A stretch of DNA of 64,000 nt from an uncultured Methanoregulaceae archaeon (GTDB lineage Archaea > Halobacteriota > Methanomicrobia > Methanomicrobiales > Methanospirillaceae): positions 1,760,001 to 1,824,000 of the forward strand of contig OY969564.1 in the NCBI GenBank assembly GCA_963701095.1. Direction: 5' to 3'. The notes under the pieces were generated by a model. The model searched no databases. It worked only from the letters and a program-made list of their open reading frames with translations, and was not told the DNA's origin. The position numbers were made by a program, and so were the translations under genes. The first letter of the stretch is position 1; each line of letters starts with the position of its first letter. This document shows positions 10,054 to 19,492 of this stretch, piece after piece.

Positions 10054-12219
10054 ACGAACAGGACATCTATTTTCTCTACCCTGCACGAGTCCCTGCAGGC
10101 CGTTCTTTCCGAGCGGCTGGGCTGGTGCGAACTCCGCGAGGTGCAGGAGCAGGCATACGAAGCAATCCGCGGCGGAAGCGATGTACTGGTTATCGCACCA
10201 ACTGCCGGGGGAAAATCTGAAGCCGCACTTATCCCGGTTCTTGACACTATGCTAAAATCCGGGACAAAAGGAGTGGCCTGCATCTATCTCTCTCCTTTAA
10301 AGGCGCTCATAAATGACCAGGAAGAACGGATTGCCTCATTCTGCCGGCCTATCGGCCTCTCCCTTTCCAAATGGCATGGTGATGTTCCCAAGGGAGACCG
10401 GGGATGGAACCCGGACGACGCCCCCCAGTTCCTTCTCATTACTCCCGAATCTCTTGAGGTTATCCTGCATGAAAAAAGGCATGTCGCCGCACTTGCGAAC
10501 GTACAATACGTTATTGTTGACGAACTGCATGCTTTTGTTGAATCAGAGCGGGGTGTGCAGCTCAGGATCCTGCTTGACCGGCTCGACCAGATTACCAAAT
10601 CCCCCGTCCAGCGCATAGGTCTCTCGGCGACTGTAGGAAACCCGGATGAGGTGCTTTCCTGGTTCTCCGGCGGAAGGCGCAGCCGCCATCTGGTTGCTAT
10701 ACCATCGCCTGCTGCTGAAAAAAAATTCCTGTTTGTGATCGAACCCGATCCGGATCTCCGGATCAATGCCCTTGCCGGGCTCGTGTCCGGAAAAAAAGCA
10801 CTTGTGTTTGTCAATAGTCGCACCATGGCAGAGACGATCCTGCAGGAAGCAACTGGTCGGATAAAAAATCTGCATATCCACCATTCATCGGTCGCCCCCT
10901 CAAAGAAAAAAGAAGCCGAGGAGGCGTTCCATAGCAGTGAAGGGGCATGTATCATCTGCACAAGTACACTCGAACTGGGTGTAGATATCGGTGACCTTGA
11001 TATTGTGGTTCAGGTAGGTCCTCCGGATTCGGTATCCTCGTTTCTACAGAGGATGGGCCGGAGCGGACGGAGAGATCAGGCTGCATTTGTTGCATGGTTC
11101 CTTTCCGATCCCGGAGAACTTCTTTCCTGCTGTGCAGTAATTGAATGCGCCAAAGAAAAGAAAACAGAACCACTCAAACCACTGGAAAAACCCTGGAACG
11201 TGCTTGTCCAGCAGATCTTTCTTACTGTTTTTTCAGCATCACGCATCGGCCGGGGAGTGTTAGTTCGTAAACTTCTCTCATTCTTTGTATTTTCCCAACT
11301 TTTGGTCGACGATATTGAATATGTTCTCGGATTTCTGGTTTCTGAGGGGTATCTTTCGATAGATGGGGAGATAGTTATGCTTGGACCTATCTCCGAGAAG
11401 GTATTCGGACGATCGAATTACCGGGATCTCTACTCTGTTATCAAGGGTGGAGACGAATATCGGGCGATAACCCCGGAAGGGGACATCATCGGAACCCTTG
11501 ATGCACGGTTTGCGCACCGTAGTGACCCCGTTGATTTTGCGCTCGGGGGAACGACGTGGTCAGTGGTAAAGTGCGACGAACGCCATAATCTCGTAGTGGT
11601 AGTACCAGGCGGGAACGTTAAAAACAAATGCCGGGTTTTCAGATCTTCCGGGGGAGAATCTGCACTTTCGCTGGTGATCTGCAATACTGTTCAGCGAATA
11701 ATTGCCCGGGGAGAAACTGTCCTGCCCCTGGGACCCTCCGATACAGAAACACTCCGTCAAGCGATAGGCTCATTCCCGACCGGTATTCAGGAGCGGGGTA
11801 TATTTATTCGAGCGGAACGAGGAAATGCCGGCCGGGAGGTTGTCGTATACTCTTTTTTTGGACGCCAGTTCAACCGGGTGCTGGCATTACTCCTTAAAGG
11901 ACATCTTTGCCGGGTTCAGGTAAGATATGACGATCAACGGGTTCGGGTTACCCGAACTGGAAAGACCGGTGCTGCGGAACGGGTTGCCGAGGGTATAAGG
12001 GCCATACCAGCGTTTTCCCCGGATGAGATCATTTCATATCTCCCCCTTCCTTCTCCTGATCTTTGGAAGTTTGCAACAATGCTCCCACTTCCGCTCTTCC
12101 GGGAGATGGTGTTCGCCGATTATTTTCACACAAATGACGTGATTTGGATCCTTGCACATGTACCGGTTACCATCCTGCCGGATGAAGCACCGGATGCCCC
12201 TGCTAACGTAGAGGAGTAA
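10054..12219 (+). CDS. Lhr-like DEAD/DEAH-box helicase
   Basis: APTAGGKS, SPLKAL, DELH, LSAT, TSTLELGVD, QRMGRSGR; the frame stays open upstream of GTG 10141, so the start is uncertain. Confidence 0.88.
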   Translation, partial: TNRTSIFSTLHESLQAVLSERLGWCELREVQEQAYEAIRGGSDVLVIAPTAGGKSEAALIPVLDTMLKSGTKGVACIYLSPLKALINDQEERIASFCRPIGLSLSKWHGDVPKGDRGWNPDDAPQFLLITPESLEVILHEKRHVAALANVQYVIVDELHAFVESERGVQLRILLDRLDQITKSPVQRIGLSATVGNPDEVLSWFSGGRRSRHLVAIPSPAAEKKFLFVIEPDPDLRINALAGLVSGKKALVFVNSRTMAETILQEATGRIKNLHIHHSSVAPSKKKEAEEAFHSSEGACIICTSTLELGVDIGDLDIVVQVGPPDSVSSFLQRMGRSGRRDQAAFVAWFLSDPGELLSCCAVIECAKEKKTEPLKPLEKPWNVLVQQIFLTVFSASRIGRGVLVRKLLSFFVFSQLLVDDIEYVLGFLVSEGYLSIDGEIVMLGPISEKVFGRSNYRDLYSVIKGGDEYRAITPEGDIIGTLDARFAHRSDPVDFALGGTTWSVVKCDERHNLVVVVPGGNVKNKCRVFRSSGGESALSLVICNTVQRIIARGETVLPLGPSDTETLRQAIGSFPTGIQERGIFIRAERGNAGREVVVYSFFGRQFNRVLALLLKGHLCRVQVRYDDQRVRVTRTGKTGAAERVAEGIRAIPAFSPDEIISYLPLPSPDLWKFATMLPLPLFREMVFADYFHTNDVIWILAHVPVTILPDEAPDAPANVEE

Positions 12220-12320
12220 GGAATCCCGTTCCGAACGTACCATTGGCCGGACATACCCGGACAGATTTAAGGAGGGCTAACAATAATTACCATGAAATAT
12301 ACTGGTGATACGTGATCCTC

Positions 12321-12743
12321 ATGAAACACCTGCTCCCACTCTTAATTCTCGTTGTGGTCTTTCTCTTTATGACCGGTTGCACCCAGATGATACCACCAGC
12401 GCCGCCTGGGGTAACTGAGACATCTGCACCTACGGTTACCTATACACCCATCATAACCACTATTCCGGCGGTTTCAACATCAGCACCGTTATATGGGAAT
12501 GTAATCGTGATCCAGAAAATGGCATTTGTCCCGGCACAAATCACCATAAGCCGTGGAACATTGGCACGTTGGGTCAACGAAGATACGGTTACGCATTCGG
12601 TGATGTTTCCCGCTGCTGACAAAATTGATTCACTGGCTTTATCGCCAGGCCAGGCATTCACCGTGAAATTTGCCAACCCCGGGGTCTACAATTACTCTGA
12701 CAGTATCTATCCGAATATGGAAGGTGCGATTATAGTGACCTAA
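12321..12743 (+). CDS. Cupredoxin/plastocyanin-like lipoprotein
   Basis: Lipobox-like MTGC, P/T-rich linker, FVPAQITISRG...WVNED..HSV...PG..F...F..PGVY. Confidence 0.75.
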   Translation: MKHLLPLLILVVVFLFMTGCTQMIPPAPPGVTETSAPTVTYTPIITTIPAVSTSAPLYGNVIVIQKMAFVPAQITISRGTLARWVNEDTVTHSVMFPAADKIDSLALSPGQAFTVKFANPGVYNYSDSIYPNMEGAIIVT

Positions 12744-12827
12744 CCGGGTCAGTGACACGGGTGTTCAGACAATACTTAAATCGCACGTTCGTTGTCCCGG
12801 ATACAAACATAAAAAGGATTTATAAAA

Positions 12828-13034
12828 TTAAAAGCCGGTCAATCGATGAAGCAATGCGCCCACAATAATACCAAACATGGAAGACGATGCTGACAGCATC
12901 CCGAGCAGGACATAGCCCGCCACGACCCCTATTTTAAGGGGCGTATACGTTCGGTTGATATTGAGGCGTCGTACTACCCGAAATGATTTGGCGTCTGCGG
13001 TAATCTTCGGTTTGTTCTTTTTGATCCGGAACAT
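12828..13034 (-). CDS. Small membrane protein, unknown function
   Basis: GGAGG RBS upstream; basic N-terminus, hydrophobic C-terminus. Confidence 0.6.
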   Translation of the reverse strand: MFRIKKNKPKITADAKSFRVVRRLNINRTYTPLKIGVVAGYVLLGMLSASSSMFGIIVGALLHRLTGF

Positions 13035-13345
13035 AATCGTTTCCTCCGGGAATTGTGTTTTGATACCTGAAACAGCCGCCGTCAGGCACCTAAGGTATGT
13101 TATATTACGAACATGTTGTATTTAAAATCTTCCAATAAAAATAATAGAAAAATATCAAATAATTTTAGATTTAATTTAAATCTGGGACAAATTAGGTCAT
13201 ATTTGTGAAAATCTTCGAGGGGATTTCACAAAAAGTGATGGATACAGAAATCTCTACTGTGCTCAATAGACAATATATGCGATTCTTATTCCCTTTATGT
13301 TACAATTCGGAGAAAACAAACCTTTGAAAAAGAAAAGTGTTCAGA

Positions 13346-13430
13346 CGCCGAGGGGGAGATTTGAACTCCCGAGGCGCGAAGCGCCAGTAGCTTTCGAGGC
13401 TACCGCCTTCCCGGGCTAGACTACCTCGGC
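13346..13430 (-). tRNA. tRNA-Ser(CGA)
   Basis: Reverse complement gives GCCGAGG acceptor stem, anticodon arm GTAGC-CTCGAAA-GCTAC, long variable arm GGCGC-TTC-GCGCC, TTCAAAT T-loop, discriminator G. Confidence 0.95.
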
Positions 13431-13577
13431 ACCCGGATCAGATCATTTTCTTTGCGATTCCACTAATAGTTATCCCTGCGATGCGGCGCAGACAAAAAAA
13501 TCGTATAGATAATCAATAACCCACTATGCAGGAAAAGACCGTTTGTTAAAAAAAGGGTTGGATAATATCAGCCGGAT

Positions 13578-15176
13578 CTATCCCATCGGGGGAGCAGACG
13601 GGGCACCCTTGGACTGGGTGATCATCATGTCATCGACACGGATCAGCATAATGGCAGTTTCGGATGCACTTTGAATCGACTGGCGTTTTGAGCGGAGTGG
13701 TTCAAGCACACCCTCTTCGAACATATCGATGATTTCGCCATTGTAGACATTGAGCCCGGCATTCTTTTTCCCTTTTGCATGGGCGTTCTTGAGTGCTACC
13801 AGTTTGTCAATAGAATTGAACCCTGAATTCTCTGCAAGGGTGCGGGGGATGGTTTCATACGCTTTTGCGTATCCCTCGATTGCAAGCTGTACACGACCGC
13901 CGACAGATTCGGCGTAATCACGGATCTTCATTAAGAGCTCGGTCTCGACTGCACCGCCACCGACAACATAGGTGCCATCCTCAATAGCATCCATAACTAC
14001 ACGGGTACCATCAACGACTGCGCGCTCAAGTTCATCGAGAAGGTAATCGCTTGTGCCCCGGAGGAGGATAGTGATGGTCTTGGGATTCTTGCAACCGGAG
14101 ATCCTGGTTATGTCTGTATCGTTATCCTCTTCAACGACTTCAGCATGGCCGAGATCTTTCTTGGTCAGGTCCTCAGGTTTATTTACAATATTTGCATGCA
14201 GGGCCCGGGCGGCGTACTTGAGATCCTTTTCGGGGACATCTTCAACGGCATAGATACCGTTTTTGGCGAGGAAGAACTGGACCGAATCGGCAATGCCCTT
14301 CTGGCAGAATACCACGTTTGCGCCGGTGTCCACAATAGCGTCGGCAAGTTTCTTCAAGGTTGCATTCTCCTGTTCGGAAAATGCTGCAATCTGGTCTGCC
14401 GTGGTAATCTTTATTTTTGCCTTCACCTGGGTCTTTGTGATCTCCATTGGCATTGCAATGAGGGCTACTTTTGCCGAAGTTACCTTCTTTGGCATATCTT
14501 CGCTCACCCGTTTCTTGTCAAGGATAACGCCCCTTACAAGTTCGGCGTCGTCCATGGACCTGCCCTTCTGTTTCTTGATCATCACGTCGTCTTCATCGGC
14601 AAGGTATTTGCCGTTGACTTTCTCAGCGATGCCCATGACTGCATCGACAATAATACCGTCAAGTTTTCCCTTGACAGACTCGATTGACTTTCCGGTAATA
14701 GCGGTGTCAGCAATCTTCAACAGTGTCTTCCTGTCCTTGGGATCGACCTTGGAAGAAAGTGATTCTGTGATCTCGAGCGCTTTTAGCATGCCAAGCCGGT
14801 ATCCTTCTGCGATAACCGTCGGATGAATCCCCTGTTCAAGCAGGGATTCTGCCTGCTCCATCAGCGAACCGGCAATGACAACGGCCGTTGTGGTTCCGTC
14901 GCCGACCTCGTCATCCTGGGTATGTGCCACTTCAATGACCATCTTTGCACCGGGGTGCTGGACGGAGATTTCCTGTAATATTGTCGCCCCATCGTTGGTG
15001 ATGACGATGTCACCAGTGGAACCGACGAGCATTTTGTCCATGCCCCGCGGTCCAAGGGTAGTCCGGACCGCACCGGCAATCGCTTTTGCAGCCATGATAT
15101 TGGAGCGCTGCGCCTCCTTGCCGGTGTTCCGCTCCACATTTTCTCTTAAGATGATAATTGGTTGACCAGATAACAT
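13578..15176 (-). CDS. ths: Thermosome subunit (group II chaperonin)
   Basis: [25 protein letters not shown]. Confidence 0.96.
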   Translation of the reverse strand: MLSGQPIIILRENVERNTGKEAQRSNIMAAKAIAGAVRTTLGPRGMDKMLVGSTGDIVITNDGATILQEISVQHPGAKMVIEVAHTQDDEVGDGTTTAVVIAGSLMEQAESLLEQGIHPTVIAEGYRLGMLKALEITESLSSKVDPKDRKTLLKIADTAITGKSIESVKGKLDGIIVDAVMGIAEKVNGKYLADEDDVMIKKQKGRSMDDAELVRGVILDKKRVSEDMPKKVTSAKVALIAMPMEITKTQVKAKIKITTADQIAAFSEQENATLKKLADAIVDTGANVVFCQKGIADSVQFFLAKNGIYAVEDVPEKDLKYAARALHANIVNKPEDLTKKDLGHAEVVEEDNDTDITRISGCKNPKTITILLRGTSDYLLDELERAVVDGTRVVMDAIEDGTYVVGGGAVETELLMKIRDYAESVGGRVQLAIEGYAKAYETIPRTLAENSGFNSIDKLVALKNAHAKGKKNAGLNVYNGEIIDMFEEGVLEPLRSKRQSIQSASETAIMLIRVDDMMITQSKGAPSAPPMG

Positions 15177-15213
15177 AGGTGATCCTCTAATGCTGTAAAA
15201 GGTGGAATTGAAC

Positions 15214-15229
15214 TTCTATATAAATCATA
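15214..15229 (-). promoter_or_regulatory. Thermosome promoter: TATA box followed by GAA (heat-shock-type)
   Basis: Minus strand reads ATTTATATAGAA about 40 bp upstream of the thermosome ATG. Confidence 0.6.
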
Positions 15230-15237
15230 CTCTTGTT

Positions 15238-15263
15238 GGTTCTGATAAGTTGGTGGGGGTTTG
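15238..15263 (+). repeat. Left terminal inverted repeat
   Basis: GGTTCTGATAAGTTGGTGGGGGTTTG, preceded by target duplication CTCTTGTT. Confidence 0.92.
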
Positions 15264-15350
15264 GGTTTGCTCGCGGGTGGTGATAGGTAGCGAGTGGTAA
15301 CGCGCGAAATCTGCGTATGATTTAACTTCCCCAGAATTACACCACTCATT

Positions 15351-15554
15351 ATGCCAATGCTATCAGGAGGCCCACCTTACGAATCTCCCGAAATGAGAGA
15401 GATGGTAAAATCACTAATCCAGACCCTTAACGAGAGCAACAAAAAAGTAGAGCAATACAACAAAGCGATGCAGTACATGACTTTGACGTTAGTTGCTTTG
15501 ACAGTTGTATTGGTAATTTTAACAGTGGTTCAAGTGTTAAATCTCATTAAATAA
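15351..15554 (+). CDS. Small coiled-coil plus single-TM protein (cargo)
   Basis: 67 aa with C-terminal hydrophobic helix LTLVALTVVLVILTVVQVL. Confidence 0.65.
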   Translation: MPMLSGGPPYESPEMREMVKSLIQTLNESNKKVEQYNKAMQYMTLTLVALTVVLVILTVVQVLNLIK

Positions 15555-15589
15555 GGTTCTGTTGCATCGCGGTTGATGAAGTGCGAAAA

Positions 15590-16996
15590 TTAGAGATTTT
15601 GTAAGTACATGTTTTTAGACTTCGAGAAATAGTGTTTTGCCGGATTTATTGTTCCCTCTAATATTGCTTTTCGTATGCGTCTAGCTTCTTCTATATGGAT
15701 CAATCGTAATGGTTTGGAGAATTTCGTCCGGTAGAGTACTTCGTCCATAAAATATTCCGGTCGTGGAATCGTAGGCAATCCATCCACGTGCGGGAATTCA
15801 TCCAATTCAGAAAGATGTTTTTTTACATAATCCACATCAGCATCGATACACAAATCGATTATTGGGACTCTCCCGAATCGATTGTTTGGTGAGATTGTTC
15901 CACCAGATCCTTGACTGTATTTCAGATTCCCGTTTAATAACGAACTAAATGCTTGGATGCCGTAATCGGCAAAATATAATCCATACCATGACGATCTCGG
16001 TAATACAACCGGTAACGATGGCGTCTTTTCGTGGCAGATGTTTACAATTTCCGAAATAAAGTTTCTAAGTTGAGTGGATCTATAGGACTCTATCACCTTT
16101 TCATAACCAACCAGTGTCAATGCGACTCCGGAATAATTATTGTATGTGTTGCCTTGGGTGATCCCGGCATTTAACAAAGAGAATACTGTATTTTGGTTAT
16201 TCTGATCGTCGTTATCAAAAATATTTAGATCGATGTACAGATGGAAATAAGGAAGTACCTGTTTGGAGTCCTTTTTCATGTCATTGCAAATTCTTGAAGT
16301 TGCTGCGTTGGATGAGAGTATTCTTCGTTTGATACTATCGGGAGTATCTTTTCTTAATTGCGGGACTGGAGGGATTATTGTGGTGTTCGGGGATTTTAAT
16401 GCCATATTTACATTGTTTGCAACGTACGCCGGATAAAAATCATTTATTCTTGGATCGAGCCACGCCCTGTATACATCACTATTGCGCGTTCCTATTGGGT
16501 CGACCGCTAGAGATTTACTGATGGTAAATAGTTGAGCTTCAACAAAAGGTTGGAAGAATGGGGGAATTAGGGTCATTGCCCCATTCACATCTTTATTCTT
16601 CAATTTTGCTTTAAAATTTTGTTTGTTATTAGGTTTCCCAGACAGTGCATATTCGAGTAACGTCTCCCCATAAACGCCTTTGAAAAATTCAGGCGGGTCA
16701 TAATATATTAAAGAATAATTTTGAATGAAGTCACGAATTGGCATATTACCATATAAGTTTAGTTGATATGACAATGGCTGAACCAGTTCTGACCATCGAT
16801 TTGCCGGGATTAATATTGGATTACCAGGAGGGATCGCCTGCATATTGTCTAACAGTACACTTAGATCTTCCGCTCCTTTAATTTCGGGGAGGTATGAAGG
16901 TGCCGGACAGAATGTATTACCAATTTTAAAACTGGTTGCGGTTTTTGAGGGGTTGTCGTAGCGTAAATGGGGGGTTTGAATTGCAATTTCAGCCAT
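15590..16996 (-). CDS. Uncharacterised 468-aa protein, possible TGT/beta-protein-like TIM barrel (cargo)
   Basis: Long intact ORF whose start overlaps the upstream wHTH gene; fold guessed from alternating beta/alpha pattern and TGT-like termini. Confidence 0.6.
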   Translation of the reverse strand: MAEIAIQTPHLRYDNPSKTATSFKIGNTFCPAPSYLPEIKGAEDLSVLLDNMQAIPPGNPILIPANRWSELVQPLSYQLNLYGNMPIRDFIQNYSLIYYDPPEFFKGVYGETLLEYALSGKPNNKQNFKAKLKNKDVNGAMTLIPPFFQPFVEAQLFTISKSLAVDPIGTRNSDVYRAWLDPRINDFYPAYVANNVNMALKSPNTTIIPPVPQLRKDTPDSIKRRILSSNAATSRICNDMKKDSKQVLPYFHLYIDLNIFDNDDQNNQNTVFSLLNAGITQGNTYNNYSGVALTLVGYEKVIESYRSTQLRNFISEIVNICHEKTPSLPVVLPRSSWYGLYFADYGIQAFSSLLNGNLKYSQGSGGTISPNNRFGRVPIIDLCIDADVDYVKKHLSELDEFPHVDGLPTIPRPEYFMDEVLYRTKFSKPLRLIHIEEARRIRKAILEGTINPAKHYFSKSKNMYLQNL

Positions 16997-17558
16997 ACTT
17001 CATCACCTCATAATTTTGTTTTAGTTCTTTCAATGCCTCGATAAAATAATCTAATTTTTCTACGGGTAACATTACAGCTCCTTCGGACACTTCACCCTCA
17101 AGGATAGAGTAACTTTTCTCTACAATATAGAAATACAATGCATCTCGTTGCCCTTGAGTGATTGTAATATCTAAAAATGGGTTCTCATCTCCCACTCGCA
17201 CCAATCCAATCTGATGAAGAGGTTTCCCGTTCGGGAAATAATGCACAATGTTCCCACTTCGTTTTTGAGAGTACACTTCCCGCAGACCATTTAATTTTTC
17301 AAGATGTTTTTGGATAGTTTTTCTATCAAGGCCTGAAACTTTTGCGATTTCTGATACGGTAATCCCATTTTGCCCAAATTTTTTAACTGTGTTTCTTATT
17401 GTATCTCTAGTGACCAACTCTCGTGCGTCCGGGCTCAAATATTTCCTTTGTTCATTGATTAATTTCAAATCACGTAGATCTGATTTATAGACATTGTCGC
17501 TCTCAAGATCGGATAGTTTAAAATGAACCAAATCATTTGTGACCGCATCTAGTGGCAT
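16989..17558 (-). CDS. Winged-HTH protein with extra C-terminal beta/alpha domain (cargo)
   Basis: GITVSEIAKVSGLDRKTIQKHLEKL helix-turn-helix; GAGGT RBS upstream. Confidence 0.75.
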   Translation of the reverse strand: MPLDAVTNDLVHFKLSDLESDNVYKSDLRDLKLINEQRKYLSPDARELVTRDTIRNTVKKFGQNGITVSEIAKVSGLDRKTIQKHLEKLNGLREVYSQKRSGNIVHYFPNGKPLHQIGLVRVGDENPFLDITITQGQRDALYFYIVEKSYSILEGEVSEGAVMLPVEKLDYFIEALKELKQNYEVMKYG

Positions 17559-17671
17559 GTCATGTACCTCATATGGTGTACATATTTACATATGTTATAT
17601 AAATAGTTATTTATGTTTTTTATGTTTTATGAGTTTTCGGAGTTTTTCAATTATCAGTTTGACGTAATCCC

Positions 17672-18259
17672 CTAGTCTCCACTCCACCGTATCAGATCGT
17701 TGACTAAATTTTCAATAGGTCTGATTTTTCCCCCAAGGTTTGTAGTGCCCTCAAATGCCCAAGTCTGCCTCAAATAAGTATTATCAATATACACGCCGTC
17801 GAGGTAAGTTTCAGCAAGGGATCTGTCTTTTGTTGGTTTAGTGTGGGAACCCCATTCCGATTTCCATACGGGTGATCCTTGTCTACCCTTGTCCGGTGTG
17901 GCAAATACCACTTTTAAATCTGGTATTTGCCCTTTGTAAACCATTGAATAAAATAGCGTTTCGCTGAATCTCCCGTGTAAACTCGTTTTACAGCTTATCA
18001 ACGCGATTGGTTGGTTGTTTTCAAGATTTTTCACTACCAGGTCAACATCCCCCCAAACACGATTGTAACCGCGAACCGGGAGCAAAAACATTCTTCCCAA
18101 ATGTGTATCGTTATTAATTTCAGTATTGTTTAATACGAGCATTCTTTGATTTTCTGCCCGCAATCTCTCATTTACGAGAGTTTGAACGTGTGATTGAAAG
18201 GCATATCCCTCAGTTGTAACATTACTTTGTCTTGATCGGACTGCTTCATGAGTGGGCAT
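17672..18259 (-). CDS. Type II restriction endonuclease, PD-(D/E)xK fold, BsaWI-like
   Basis: GDVDLVV...ISCKTSLHGRFSE catalytic motif; adjacent to a DNA methyltransferase. Confidence 0.72.
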   Translation of the reverse strand: MPTHEAVRSRQSNVTTEGYAFQSHVQTLVNERLRAENQRMLVLNNTEINNDTHLGRMFLLPVRGYNRVWGDVDLVVKNLENNQPIALISCKTSLHGRFSETLFYSMVYKGQIPDLKVVFATPDKGRQGSPVWKSEWGSHTKPTKDRSLAETYLDGVYIDNTYLRQTWAFEGTTNLGGKIRPIENLVNDLIRWSGD

Positions 18260-18317
18260 AATCTCAAACTGAATATTATAATGAGAGATAAAAATAGCTG
18301 CTGGCTTGATTGGCAGA

Positions 18318-19210
18318 TTATGCGGGTAACTCTTGTTTTTTGTTCTTTCGTGTTTTCGCAGGTTTTTCTTTTACATTTGCATAAGCATCAAGTTTGAATT
18401 GCCCAAGTTTCCCCTCTTTTTTCAACCGGTCCAGAGCGATTTTGCAGTACTGGGGATCAACATCAATCCCTATTCCTTTGCGATTGCAGAGGTTTGCCGC
18501 TACAAGTGTTGAACCGCTTCCTAAAAACGGATCGAGAACAACATCGTCTTTGTAACTAAACAACTGGATACACGGCGGGGGAGTTCTATTGGAAATGGTG
18601 CGGGATGGCCAATCCGTTTTTTACTCTCGCCGCTGAAAGTCCAAAGTCCGTTAGTCCAATCCATAAAATCCTGTTTTGATATATCGGACACTTTTGACCC
18701 GCTGGTTTTCTTCCATTCTTTTTTATAGAAAACGACAATTAATTCAACCGGGGCAATAACGTAAGGGGCCGAAGCACTCAGCCACGATCCCCATGCGGTC
18801 CGGCGCGATATATTTCCTTCGTTCCAGACGATTGTAGAATGATATTTGAAACCAACATTCTCTTTTGCTATTGTTGTTAAATCGGCTCCAACGCTTTGCT
18901 GGCCACCTTTGTTTTTATCAAGGGGGATGTTTAAGCAGAATCTCCCGTCGTCTTTAAGCCATTCGTAGCAACGGGACATCCATTTTCTACTGAATTCCTT
19001 ATAGTCCTCATAAGTTAATTGATCGTCATGGGAATTGTATTTTATATCGACGTTATACGGCGGTGAGGTTACTATGAGATCAACAGACCCCGGCTCAATC
19101 TGATCGGTATCAAAAACGCTATCGTTTATTATAAGAAAACTGTCGTTTTTAAAGAGGGTTTTCGGGCTCAAAGATTTCGCTTTTTTGGACTTGTTAGATG
19201 TATTTTTCAT
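18318..19210 (-). CDS. Beta-class N4-C/N6-A DNA methyltransferase (frameshift near 18572)
   Basis: TSPPY and GHPAPFP in one frame, VLDPFLGSGST in another; adding one base restores ELPRRCIQLFSY. Confidence 0.88.
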
Positions 19211-19220
19211 TGGGCCACCA

Positions 19221-19367
19221 TTATTGCAACGGCTCAATTAATACAACTTTCACTTTCTTCCCGACCCAATCAATCGGGACGTAAACCCTCCCCGAATTAC
19301 CAGACACTTTTACCACCTTCTCAACGATCTGATAACCTTCAATCTTGATCTCCATCTTGTCGCTCAT
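19221..19367 (-). CDS. DUF2080-like transposon-associated small protein (48 aa, not in ORF track)
   Basis: Manual translation MSDKMEIKIEGYQIVEKVVKVSGNSGRVYVPIDWVGKKVKVVLIEPLQ; GNSGRVYVP..WVGKKV signature. Confidence 0.85.
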   Translation of the reverse strand: MSDKMEIKIEGYQIVEKVVKVSGNSGRVYVPIDWVGKKVKVVLIEPLQ

Positions 19368-19492
19368 GAAGTAGTTATATTGTAGTCTAAATGTATATAA
19401 TTTTCGCTAAAATTACAATCCTTAATGGCACTATAAGCGCATAGAAAGTATTAATACATTGTAGCTACATATTAGATATATAGTGAAATACA

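Noticed and set aside
13346..13430. tRNA-Ser as the attachment site of the island
   Set aside because: No integrase and no duplicated tRNA 3' end; the island is bounded by TIRs and a target duplication 1.8 kb away.
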